Source of the DNA: Pavona decussata
Lineage: Eukaryota
Direction of reading: 5' to 3'
Length of the DNA: 64,000 bases
NCBI GenBank assembly: GCA_977016875.1
Contig: CDRNST010000104.1
Coordinates: 5,518,001-5,582,000, forward strand
In this document: one piece after another, positions 12,415 through 24,235 of the stretch
How positions within the stretch are numbered: position 1 is the first letter of the stretch
Layout: each line of letters begins with the position of its first letter
The notes under the pieces: model-generated
The model's database searches: none
Seen by the model: the letters and a program-made list of their open reading frames with translations, nothing else
What the model was told of the DNA's origin: nothing
Program-made: the position numbers and the translations under genes

Positions 12415-14582
12415 GAGTAAGCAAAAAACAAAATTGGCAATTCTGGCAAGTTTGGATGGTCCTTTTCTGCAGTCTTTTTTAATCTTACTTTACAGAGAAA
12501 TAGCCGGAGTTTTCTGTATACGTACCTCATTTTTTCGACCGAGCCTTATTTCTTTGATCCTAAAGATCTGATGCCGCATGACGTACTGAAGACGACATAG
12601 AGTTTTTTCTCATCAATTCAGATGTAGCAAAGATATTGCTGTTTTTTCCGTCTTTGTTCTCAAGTGCTGAAGAGATCGATCAATGAGGCCCATGAGTAAC
12701 TGGGCCCTTTAAACCGGCTGAACGCCGCCTTGAGAAAGTTCCTCGATAGTCCCGGTGAGTTTGTGGCCGGGTAGGAAAACTATTTTATGCTCACAGTTCT
12801 CTTTAACGGAGATGCAATTTGTTGGTTTTAATTTTGAAAATGGATTTTAAAATATTTATGAATCCATCATCGGACTGGTACTAACCACCCATTGATAAAA
12901 AGGCGGATTAAAAAATTATACAGGAGTCGTGGCGCGTGATCGGAAGAGTTGTCAGTCGGGACCTTTAAGAGACCAGCAGAAAATGTAGCTCGATTCTGGA
13001 GAGCTCCAGTAACTATCTCGCTGGGGCGAGCATATTTTTTTCAGTCCCGCCTCTAATAGTTTGTATTGGTGGTTATTAATGCAGTGAAAAATTCTTAATG
13101 TGTTCCACGAAGTCTTAAACATTTTAATGGCTCTGACCTGTACAATACTTGCCCTTTGCTTGGTTAAATAAATACTAGAGCAAGTACTTTGTCCACACTA
13201 TTAGTTTATAGGCCTATTATAAGGGACACAGTATAAGTTTTACTAGAGGTGCCTCACTCCTCTCAGGCTCCCCATTCTGAATTGTTTTTTAAGTAAATTG
13301 TAATCCATTTAATATTAAATTTTTGTAACTATTTAATACTTGTGTACTAGTTATTAGGAGTAGAGAAACAAATAAATGAAATGAATTAAAGAAGGCGAAA
13401 AATGCACACTTTCGGGCATTTTCAAAAAACAACCCAAAGCAACTCAATACAACCCATTTTCAAAGGTCTTTCCTTCAAGGGTTTGTCAAAATAGGGATAT
13501 GAAGCTTATTGCAAGTTATTCACAATACACATAATAGCATGTCTAAGCCAAAGTTAAATAGCGCAAAGCAATAAAGCAAGTTGCAAGGATTCGCTGTATC
13601 TTAGTACAATGTTGTCGATTATACACTATACCATGCACTCAAAGACTGCAATATCTTTTTTTTTGTTTCTGTCCACCATTTTCAGGCCCGTAGCAAGGCT
13701 AAAACAACTGAGGGGGCTTAGCAAAATGGTGAAACAAAAAACTACCCCCCCCCTCCCCCCGTCACTCAAAAACAGATTGATTTGGGAGTTTAGGATGCAA
13801 CGAGAACATCAAAAAACCCGGTAGATTTAGTAAGTAAAACAATTACTTTGCACCTGGATCACACTCTTAGGTACATGTTTTTGCCTCTTCTTTAACGTGG
13901 ACTTTTACGTGAAGTTTCATAATTTCACGTTTGAAGGAGGACGTAGACAAAGGACGACAAATTTTTCTTCCTCTTTTTAAATTTAGAATTGGGCAGTAAC
14001 AATCCGACTGCAGGAGAATTTTTTTTCTCTAGTCTTGAGGACATATTTGTGTGGCTTTTTTGTGTGACAACGCGGGAACACTAAATTGTTATAAACTAAG
14101 GACATTTGTATAGCTTAAAATGAGCGGATGTCTTAGCAAACAAGTAGTTTATTTCGACAGCTTTCGCGGCTTCAGATTGGTTGATTTAAATCCATTTTAA
14201 TTCTTATTTCCGATTCACAAGATAGGAGTGCCTGTTAGCGAAGGAAACTGACAGGTAGTAAACAGACTATTAAAGGTTGTGAAAAGGCACTCGCAGCGTC
14301 AGAATTCAACATTAATTTGTTTCAATTATATATATATATATATTTTTTCTAACTTTCAAAAATTCTGATGTGGTGCCGACAGTGTCTCGCGTATTGATGT
14401 GTATCATTGATCACACCAGTGTGACAATTGTCTGAAAACCTGTTAGATAATCAAATAGTTCACGGATGTATTGAAACAATCACAGTATACTAAATTATCT
14501 TCACATTTCAAAACTAAAAGAACAAAATGTGACATCAGCTGGCCCTTTTGTATATGTGTTACGTGATTTTTTAGGCAACTGC
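12415..14582 (-). repeat. Second, partial tandem duplicate of the 5290-9360 block
   Basis: Shared blocks: 12415-13125 with 5290-6760 (gatcctaaagatct, ctcgattctggaga.ctcca), 13148-13200 with 7308-7360, 14390-14582 with 9150-9360. Confidence 0.85.
13782..14030. repeat. Fragment of an interspersed non-autonomous repeat
   Basis: gggagttt..gcaacgagaacatcaaaaaa..aaaacaattactttgcac.. resembles an abundant anthozoan MITE as I recall it; not verified. Confidence 0.45.
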
Positions 14583-15124
14583 TAATCAAAATTCTAACAT
14601 AACAAGCCAGGGGCCCCATTCTTAGACCAACACGACCTTCAAGGACGCGTGCTTCACATGTTTTGTGGTGGATCTTGGGGTTAATTCTTTTTTTGGAGCT
14701 CCGATGTATATTCGCACTGTCAATAGATAACTTGAGTAGGCATCTCCACTTCCGCAGAATCTAGGTCAGTGGAATGGTTGTTTAAATCGACTTTAAAAAA
14801 TCACATAATATGTGAAACTATCTACACCCTATTATTCAGCAACCTAGACAGAACGAAATCTCGCCGTATGCTAATGCGAAGTAAATATTGCATTATTTTA
14901 CAGCGGGGTAGATTGGTTCACCTCAAAAGCTAGCTGTATACAGCTGTGCTATTTGTGGGGTTAGAATGTTCCACAACGTTTTTTATAAGATAACACACGC
15001 TGCAGGAATATTATTTAACAACCATTAACCGTGGTTTTAGACCACGGCTGAGAGATGAAGGACGGAGGCTTCTACAAAAGGCAAGAGGAGGTCTCGGCGA
15101 AATTAGACATTTTTAGAGCCTAAA

Positions 15125-15418
15125 GGGAGGCAGCGTGGTCGAGTGGCTAGGGCGCCGGACTAGAAATCCGGAGGTCCCGGGTTCAAGTCCCGCTCTGACC
15201 ACTTGCTGGAGTTGTTTCTCGGTAGCCCCAAGTTCAACTCCACGGGCGCGCCTGTAAATAGCCAGCACGTCTGCCTCCTGCCAGTTGGGATTTTTAATCA
15301 TGTTATTTTCAATTTAAATTATTTCTTTGGGAAGTTTAATGCTCGGCCCCACTAGCACTTGTGCTATAAACATTGCCGAGGGTAAATAAAGGTTATTTAT
15401 TTATTTTTATTTTTTATT
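15125..15418 (+). mobile_element. tRNA-derived SINE, full length
   Basis: Pol III A box TGGTCGAGTGG, B box GGTTCAAGTCC, body, and 3' aataaagg(ttatt)n tail. Confidence 0.85.
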
Positions 15419-15746
15419 GCTGTGTGCAAAATAGTATATAGGAGGGATGACTTTCTCTTGCCTTAAGTATCAAATTTTGCATATATTTGCCCTTTGGCAA
15501 CTGTGCACCATATCTAACGTCCTGATTTGGAGACAGTTTACCATGAAAATCACACTTTGCTACTTTTTACTTCAGCTTGTCAGCTTTTATTATTGAAGAA
15601 AATTAGTCATTGTGATAAGATGAATTCAGACAGATTTCTAGATTTCTGAAACTGTAGTATGTTAAAAATCGTGCCTCCTAATACAAAGATATTTTTTGTG
15701 TCGTTTAAAAACTATAAAAAGCTTTAACAAGCATAACAAGCATTTT

Positions 15747-16200
15747 CTGTTTAAGTTGCGTAAACAACTGCGAGGGTCTTGCTTCTATTTAATCTTTCAT
15801 CCGCAGGTGAAACATATGTTTCGTGGAGTATGAATACATGAAACATATATTTCACCTGCGGATGAAAGATTAAATAGAAGCAACACCCTCGCAGTTGTTT
15901 ACGCAACTTAAACAGTTGCGAAAAGAAAGGTTGGAAAAAACTCGCAACTCAGCTATCGGGCCAACTGGGAGCTGGTCATATTGTATCGAATTGTAAATTG
16001 GAATATACCCTTGAGGGATCAATTGAAATATGAATACATGAAACATAAATTTGAACTGCGAATTAACGATTAAAAAGAAGAAAGACCCACGCAAATATTT
16101 ACGGATTCGAATCCTTGACCGCTGCGGTACCGCTGCGATGCAGTGCTTTTCCAGCTGAGCTATCAAGCCAACTGGGAGCTGGTCATATCGTGGGTTCGTA
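15747..16200 (-). repeat. tRNA-containing fold-back repeat family, copy with 76-bp-arm hairpin
   Basis: Near-perfect inverted repeat 15747-15822 / 15840-15915, followed by units carrying gattcgaatcc...ctgagctatcaagcc (minus-strand tRNA-like). Confidence 0.85.
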
Positions 16201-17512
16201 ATATTCTACTATTCCAATAGAAGTATATGTTTCCGTATGATACAAACCAACATAGTGATACGGAAGTGCTCGTTTCATTCCTCAAGTGCATAAACGAGCC
16301 ACAGGTTTGTGTACAGCTTTCAATTCCAAGACATAAATTTCGTATCTGCGAATAAGGAAGAAATGGGCCATTTTTGAGCTGTGCTAGAACATACAGCCAC
16401 GACTGCAATTACACATCGATTGCAATGCTACACCCTCCTGCCTTTCCTCTTCAAAAATCTATAACAATAATAATTTTCGGTTAATGAAACAGCAAGTTGC
16501 TGGAGGACTTACTTTTCTCGAAGATGTTGGAATTTCTCGTGGACAACACGTATCGCTTCATTCGTTGTATGCGCCGCTGTTGAAGCTCTCCAGGGGCTAA
16601 TCCACAGTAGAATATTCTAGAAAGATAAAATAAAGTCCCTGTAACTTGATAAACAACCTTGGGTACATCTGAAACCAACCAAAATGATGAATTTGGGTCG
16701 GAAGCAAGAATCAGTTAACAGAATGACGCCATCCTGGAAAACCAGGAAATCAGGAAGGACTGAAACTCGTTGTTCCCAGGATGGGGAAATAGCTCAACAG
16801 AGATAGATAAACAGCGAAGGGTAGTTTTTTATCCTATGATAATTTTTTGGATAATGACGTAAACCGCTCAGAAAAAAAATACAGAAATATTCTTCCTTTG
16901 AACTGATAGTCTCATATGTTTAGAGCTTGTTGGATTCTGCTTGCAAAGGAAACAAAACTTCTCGGTAACTAAATTCAGGAACGACTCACTCTCAACACCG
17001 TCGTCGCAGATCGGTATTTAGAAGACTTTAAAAATGTTATCCGTTAGCAGGTTTCTACGGATTGAAACGTTGTACAGTGAATTTAACAAGAAGTATGGAA
17101 ACTAAAACAAAACCACCTTATTTCTAAGGCCACCTACTTGGGCCGCGTGCAGCAGCTTGCCTTTTCCAGGAAGGAATAAAGCCAACAAATGTCTTTGCAA
17201 AACTCTATCTCAACAACTTATGGAAAAATTAAATATAAGTCTTTTTTGCAGTCTAGCTTTCGAAGGACAGAGCAAATTTGCTGATAGCGGCTTACCGACG
17301 AAGGTACGAGGTTAGTGATTAATGGAATGGCCATTATAATATCAGACAGGAAACATTCTGAACGATAAGACATACAAGTGCATGGGTGGGACTTAGTTAG
17401 ATCCATTCAGCCATATCAAACGGGCTGTCTATTCTCTCATTTTTTAACGCATATCTGATTGGCTCATGCTGTCAGACATGGCATATTTTCGGAGAAAAGA
17501 AAAAAGATTTTA

Positions 17513-17927
17513 CCCCTGAGAGGGGAGGGGGGTCCTTTACCCATTTTTGGGTCATTTTCGCCGGGGGGTTTGAAACCCTGATCCAATATAGGACAAAAAT
17601 AACCTTAAATACCTATACAACGCCCTCTATTTAAAGACCATATTTCTGAGATACTTGAAACAATAGCGCTAATATCTTGTCCTGGAAATGATATTATGTT
17701 GACTGATGACCTGCTAAATAAATACAGATCAACGTCTCCGATTTGGGATTGCTAAATACTCGACGACAGTCTTACAGCTATACCCTGTCTAGTACGGGTC
17801 TAGACCTCGATTAGGGCAGACTCGCTGGAAATTATATACCCTGTTCAGGGCTGAGGAACCAAAACCATACCCTGTCCGGCGGTACGCCCCCTTATAGGCC
17901 ATATAGAGGAGTATCCCCTTCCCGGGG
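17513..17927. mobile_element. MITE with G/C-rich (CCCGGG-type) ends
   Basis: cccctgagaggggagggggg.. / ..gagtatccccttcccggg; internal ataccctg repeats. Confidence 0.55.
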
Positions 17928-18521
17928 ATTTGGAATGTCTCATCGCTGAGGGAGAAAACACCAAGGTAAGTTGAATCCAGTTTGACATTTTAGCTATTGC
18001 AAGATCGGAAGCAGCGGTGCTAGTATTGTTAAAACGTACCGCATATTTTGTTCAGTGGCAAAGAAAATGAGTGCAGATAATGATAAAGAGTTGTGGTTAT
18101 TTTTATTCGCCTATAGGGGACTACTGAATACTTAATACTTAATTTTGTGACGGGGTTTATTCTCCCTTTGAGTCAACGTGGGAGCCCGCAGAAAATTGTG
18201 TCCGGTACGGTTTATTGATAATTGCTGTTTTCACTAACTGTAACAACGTTATCCTATTGTTATTGTCTTGAAGAGTATCTTATTGCAATTCGTAGTTTAT
18301 TAGGTGCCAGCAAGGAAAAAGTTAAATAACATTAATATTCCTTGTATAAACTACTGGCATGGATACATTATACATAATATTTAACATGTAGATTGTAATC
18401 TTACTTATCTTTAGATTTTTCAAGAATCCAGATCTAGAGGAAAGTAGTCTCATTTAGAATTGCTGTCGAGTAGCACCTTACTGAGCCGGAACTATAGGTT
18501 ACCTGTTACCATCAGATTTAG

Positions 18522-18705
18522 GGGAAGATGTATAACGGTACCTTTCTAGAAATAAAGGAACTTTCCAGGATGGATGGCACCTGTTGAACAGGGCAACCTT
18601 CTCTAGAACCCTCCAAGGGAAGATGCATAACGGTGCCTTTTTAGAAATGAAGGAACTTTCCAGGATGGATGGCACTTTTTGGACAGGACAGCCTTCCCTA
18701 GAAAC
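18522..18705. repeat. Tandem duplicate of about 95 bp
   Basis: gggaagatg.ataacggt.ccttt.tagaaat.aaggaactttccaggatggatggcac occurs twice. Confidence 0.85.
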
Positions 18706-20847
18706 TTCCCAGACTTTAAGATCATTGTAGAGATACTCACGGTAAGGGGGTAAAGGTGTTTATCCGACGAAAGGGAGGCAGTGATCGCCCAAAAAATATA
18801 GCACAGGAGAAGGACATCATCAACTGCCAATAGCTTTTCAGGAGATTTTGACCTTCTCATTTATCAAAGTAGCTCTTATGGATACCTCTTAAATGACTGC
18901 TGTGGCTCCTCACTCTTTACGTCATTTATAACTCCTTACCATAAAGCATTTGGGCAAGTCTGCAGCAATTTTAAACCGTTCCTTTATTTTATCTACAAGT
19001 CTTTCAACCCTTACCAACCCTTACATTGACACTCATCGAAATGATTTCGAACCATTCGTATGCTTTTTTATGTCACACATGCACTTGGTGAAAACCAAGG
19101 ATTTTGTAAAACTCTTATACAAATATCAGAGAAACAATTCACCCAAGTGTCTTCAACAAAGTTAGTGCCATCCAGATTCTGAGGATTTGCAGCGTTGGTT
19201 TATTATATGGTATATTATACATATTGTTGGCCTTAAACTGGCCCACATGTGTAGATACCAAATACAACTGAGCAATTTTCTTCGAGAAGTTTTTGCTCAT
19301 CTCGTATCTCCTGTCGTTGAATTAAATTCTTACATTCAGGTATGTTCCAAGTTAGATAGTGCTTATTGCAAATACATGTACCTTTGAGTACAACAAAGCG
19401 AAACTACTCTGAGGTGTATAGCATTAGTGCGATACCTCATACAGCTTTCTTAATGATATAAATTAGGTTATAATGGTTATTTAACCCTACGTTAAAGATA
19501 CAAAGTGTTGCCAGAAGGATTACAAATTTCAGCAGGGTAATTCAATAGAGCCATTTCAAGGCCACAAAATGGATTTACAATAGGTTGATCAAGAGTACAT
19601 ACATCAACCCCATTCACTTGAAAACCCTAGCTAGGTGGAAAACGTTAGAGAATATATAATTTATATTAGACCATTATAAGCAAAACGAGATGATGTCAAT
19701 CTACAAACCTCGATCCTGTATGGGGGTACGCCCATTTCATGTCACGTGATTAATCACTAATGTGTGAGCTTTTGCTTGCATTTTTTAGCATACTTTTTCA
19801 AATATGTTAAAATGTAAAACATTCAGCTTAAAGATGCTGTCTGACTGGACTTCATGCACTCCATTGCTTTTTTGAAGTCTAAACTGTGCAAATTGAGCAC
19901 CTTTTCGATACTCACTTTCAATCACCAACAAAGTAGCTCCAAACAGATAGCACCATTCGAGGTATATAGCTTATAGCTTTAAGCTAATAATTCTAATAAA
20001 GATGCACTAAATGCTTTCTATTTGAACTGTATTTACTTGTTGCAGAAGTGCAAAGTACGGCAGACAACAAGAGCTGATTATCTATAGCTAATACCGCCCC
20101 TTTATTTACCAACTTAAAGTCCTTGACATCTATAGCATTAAAAATTTTTCTATCACTGCTTTTATGTATTCGTATCATCATAATGTTTTGCCTATTAGTT
20201 TTCGTAATCTTTCCACAACTAGTCAACAGGTTCATCAATACGAAACTCGAATTGCTTCTCACTATAGATCACGTTTGGTAGAACGAATATAAAGCAATCC
20301 AACATCCTTTATCTAGGCCTGAAATCTGGAATTCATTGCCCGTTTCATTGATTAGTTTACCGTTCATTTCTGTTTAACAATGTCATTGAAAGCGGATTGG
20401 TGATTAAGGTCGTTGTGTGTTGCTTCTGTTTCTCTTTGCTCACACTGCATTAAGCCACGTTTTGATTTACTAGTCTTCATACTAAGCTTACAGCTTCATA
20501 AGGCTTCCTTCTCACATTTACTGACATGAACTTAACAAAGATTTCTCTTCAACCTGTTTCAAATGCTCTGATTGTGTGGATGACTAAATAAAATAATAAT
20601 AATAATAATTATAACATTTAGAATCATAATCTAAAGAAAGTAACAACCTGTTAGTTTAGACGATAAAAACACAGCTTCCAACCAATCAGATTGAGCGCTC
20701 ACTGAACGTTTTTTATGACGAATTTAAGAAAAAGCTTTCCACCAATCAAAGTTCGACTTAAATTAAAAGGATAGATGTTGCCTTGAAAACACGGAAAATC
20801 GGAGGCAAAGATGCAATGATATGGAAAACAACAACGACAGCTAAAGT

Positions 20848-21954
20848 TTACAACGTATTCGTGGCAAAAGTGTCTCCATTTCTTGTTGTAGAATTTCCAG
20901 ATCTGCGAGGAGAATTATCAACATTGGTAAGCACACTTGGCAAGGACACGGTGCGCAGCCTCAGTTGGTTGGCTTTGCAGATAATACGAAATATGCCTTT
21001 CGCTTCAACTCTCAATTTTTCACTGAAGGCAATGAATAACCAGGGATGAATCGCGGCATTTGCATGCGCAAGCCAATAGAACAGCCATGTGAGAATTGTG
21101 GGAATGGCGTCGTAAGCATCGCTGTGAAATTCCGACATTATGTGACTGATGTGAACAGGAAGCCAGCAAACGGCAAACACAGCAACAACTGTAATCATCA
21201 TTTTGATGACCGTTCGACGTTTTTTCGTTTTCTTGACGTAAGCCCGCTCGTTAACATCTCCTGGAGGTTTGTGGATCCACAAGAAGTGGGCGATCAGGGA
21301 ATACAGGACTGCCATAATGACAAGTGGGACTGCGTAGGTGATGATAACTCTGACAATCATTTCCGCTTTGTAGAGGGCTGTAGATGTATCCCAATCCTCG
21401 TGCCATTCGTGGTCACAGATAGCTTGCCCTTCATCTGTTTCCTCTGTCTTGAATTTGTACAGTTGACCACAGCATATCACCACAGCGCAGAGCCAAACGG
21501 CAATAATACAACGCACCTTTGACTTAGCTGAGAGCGGCTTCCTCTGGATACAGACAATGGCGAGGTATCGGTCAACGGCAATGACTGTGAGCGTCCAGAT
21601 GGCAACACAAATGGAGACGACCAACAAAAATGGAAGGAGTTTGCATAGAATTGTTCCTCCTACGCCTGAGAACCAGCAATCTCCACACAGGAAGTATGGC
21701 AGTGAAAAGGCGGAAGCTGTCAACACATCTAGGAGATCAGCAGCAGCCGTGTTGACCAAAAGCCAGTTGAACGGATTTTTGCGAATCTCAGCTCGTGTGC
21801 GGACAATATGAATGACAAGCGAATTGCCCACCAAAGAGAATAGGACTATGATGACGTAGGCAGTGATCATAACAGTGTTATTGACGGCACTGACCACCTC
21901 GTTGTTCTCCTCTTCGTTGTCGGTGAAGTCTGGTTCATCAGTAATTTCGTCCAT
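20848..21954 (-). CDS. Class A (rhodopsin-like) GPCR, neuropeptide-receptor type, about 368 aa, single coding exon
   Basis: Seven hydrophobic segments; GNSLV (TM1), AAADL (TM2), C-K before TM3, DRY, CWLP (TM6), HANAAIHPWLF (TM7). The likely start is the ATG at 21954 (gcagcgATG) just after a splice acceptor (ttttcgtag|, exon start 21971); the ORF track's first 26 residues are intronic or 5' UTR sequence. Confidence 0.93.
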   Translation of the reverse strand: MDEITDEPDFTDNEEENNEVVSAVNNTVMITAYVIIVLFSLVGNSLVIHIVRTRAEIRKNPFNWLLVNTAAADLLDVLTASAFSLPYFLCGDCWFSGVGGTILCKLLPFLLVVSICVAIWTLTVIAVDRYLAIVCIQRKPLSAKSKVRCIIAVWLCAVVICCGQLYKFKTEETDEGQAICDHEWHEDWDTSTALYKAEMIVRVIITYAVPLVIMAVLYSLIAHFLWIHKPPGDVNERAYVKKTKKRRTVIKMMITVVAVFAVCWLPVHISHIMSEFHSDAYDAIPTILTWLFYWLAHANAAIHPWLFIAFSEKLRVEAKGIFRIICKANQLRLRTVSLPSVLTNVDNSPRRSGNSTTRNGDTFATNTL

Positions 21955-24019
21955 CGCTGCTAGCGCTGTCCCTACGAAAATATAAATGTATTTAAAAAAC
22001 ATTGTCTTGCGGCTCATGCTTGTCTGGAACACATTTACTCTTCATCCTTTGGATAACTTGGGTGCTACAGGAAGTTGTGATTACAGGAATATATTTCCTA
22101 AAACTGGAAGACTTAGAACACTACGAGCTACTCATAAGCCTAAGAAGATTTAAAGGGAAAAATTGAAATCACGCTACAGGACGAAATAGAAGCACTAGAA
22201 GAGGCAATTTACAACAATATAATATAATTTGAACCTGACTGAAATTTAACTCAGATAGAATATACGAGTTGTAGGTGCTTCTCCGACTTAAGACCTCATA
22301 GACGTACAGGACAAGGATAAATTGGGAACGATCATCGAGACTTCTGAGAATTGATACCTTGCTGCTTTGATTTGAATTTGAGATGACAGCCAAAGGGAAA
22401 AAAAAGCGAAGGGTAAATTGAGAGCCGTTTTAGAATACATTTCGACTTCTCTCAAGAGGTGCGTTAGTAGCAGTATAACAGTAGTCAAATAAATATCGTA
22501 GAAGTGTAGTAGGTAATATCAATATCTGTGGTAAATTCTCAGACACAGCGCCTAGCGCTGAGCTTTCCCGGGACGCAGGCTTATTTTCTTCGTAATTGAG
22601 CTACAAGCCCGATCAACAACACCGAGAAGACGTTTTGATACTTCCACCTAGGTATATCATGACACTTGACTGATATGCATCAACAAAATCCCTGATATTA
22701 ACGAGACATCTGCCTGTGATATACAGGTGCTAACAAAATCAGGTGAGCAATTCGGTAATACCAGTATTATTCCAACTCAGTGAAGAACACTGAACTTCAA
22801 AGTAGGTGAAATTATCCTCCATTTGTTAAACAAAACGCGAACTACATGGCACTACTTCAGATCAGATGGATCTGGGATATTAGTCGATTTAAACTGCAGC
22901 GCGAGCATGAGCAAAAATCGCAGTGATTCACGATAAAATTACATCTAAATTCGATCGCAATTCATCCGTCAGTCTATTTATTGTGACTGCATGAATCGTA
23001 AAGTTCTTACCTTCCTAAAGTCGGAATGATTTCTCTTTCTTATGACTTTAATGGCATCGAAGTAGTTCGCACAATTTCACTAGATTTCTTTTGTTAGCCT
23101 TAATATTTCAGTTTTCATACATTACTTCTCAGGTTTCCTTTTGACGCTGTTAATTTCAAGCGCACATCGCCGGGTTATAAAACCACATTCAAGCTGATTG
23201 ACGATTGCTTTAATTTCTTGCTAACCAGTCATTTCCAAATAGTTGTTCGCTTACCTAGAATTTTACAATCACCGTTCACTGTGTGTCTTGTCTAAATGTT
23301 GGAATAACACGGTGCTAAGGAAAGAGGGTAGAAATCATTACATGATCTTTAATTGAAATAGACAGTGTGGCTCCATTGTCGTCTGTAAAATATGACAAAA
23401 AGATAAAAGAATTTTATACGTTTGACAGGTTGCATCAAGCTTGGAGAAACAGATGTAAACATGGGAGACATGCCAGCATCTCAGCTCCAAATTGGAATCA
23501 TAACAAAATGCTCTCGAGCTGAAATCACGGAATATTTCAAAGTTTCAACTTAAATTTCCCGAAGGAAAGGAAAGTTGCTTCAGTTGTCGTGAAATACCTT
23601 ATTTAAATTTTTCAATTTGTTTTAAAGCTTACTAATGGGAAAATTTCCAGGTACAAAGGAGAGCTTTACATATGTTTACAGCGACTGTGCTAGCATACTT
23701 TTAGGGGTAAAACTTGGACAGGTACTAAAAGCTAACATTGAATACATAGTTCTTAACCTGCAAAAAGGTTTAACAGTTTGAGATTGTTGAGCCAGCTAAC
23801 TTGTAAATGAAAAGGAGCAGATACATCACTTATTTGGAGATGCGTCATGATCGAATGTGTTAGAACCAAGCGTGTTAGAGTTTCGATGTAGCCGGTTCTG
23901 TAGCAAGTTTTGTAGCAAGTTCAGATGCTTTTTTTGTTGCTATCATGTTTTAGTAAATTCAAAAAGGCAAACACCAATCAATTTTTTGTTACAGCGGGCG
24001 TTGCCTGTGTGCGACATAC

Positions 24020-24235
24020 CTGATATATGTTTACACAGAATCCTTGTCTTTGATCCTGAAGACCTGTTGCAGTGTGACGTAGTGAAGCTGAAATTTATTG
24101 CCAAGGTCTTTTCAGTTCAGATGTAGCATCTGAAAAAATATTCGTCTGTTCCCGTCTTTGTTTTGTTCTCAACTGCACAACCAATATTTCAGCATCTGGC
24201 AGCCCCGCTTCGCTTTAACAGTAATATATTTTTTT
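24020..24235 (-). promoter_or_regulatory. Putative promoter and non-coding first exon of GPCR1
   Basis: Donor cag|gtatgt at 24020, present at the equivalent site in the two paralogous blocks (cag|gtacgt 5397; gag|gtacgt 12526); AT-rich TATA-like patch near 24225. Confidence 0.45.

Noticed and set aside
21046-21811. Plus-strand ORFs over GPCR1 (and the similar ORFs at 53981-54851 over GPCR2)
   Set aside because: Antisense shadows of the receptor CDS; their mutual similarity follows from the paralogy.
21955-22032. N-terminal extension MFQTSMSRK.. of GPCR1 in the ORF track
   Set aside because: It crosses a good splice acceptor and starts at a non-ATG codon; the paralog starts at the equivalent downstream Met.
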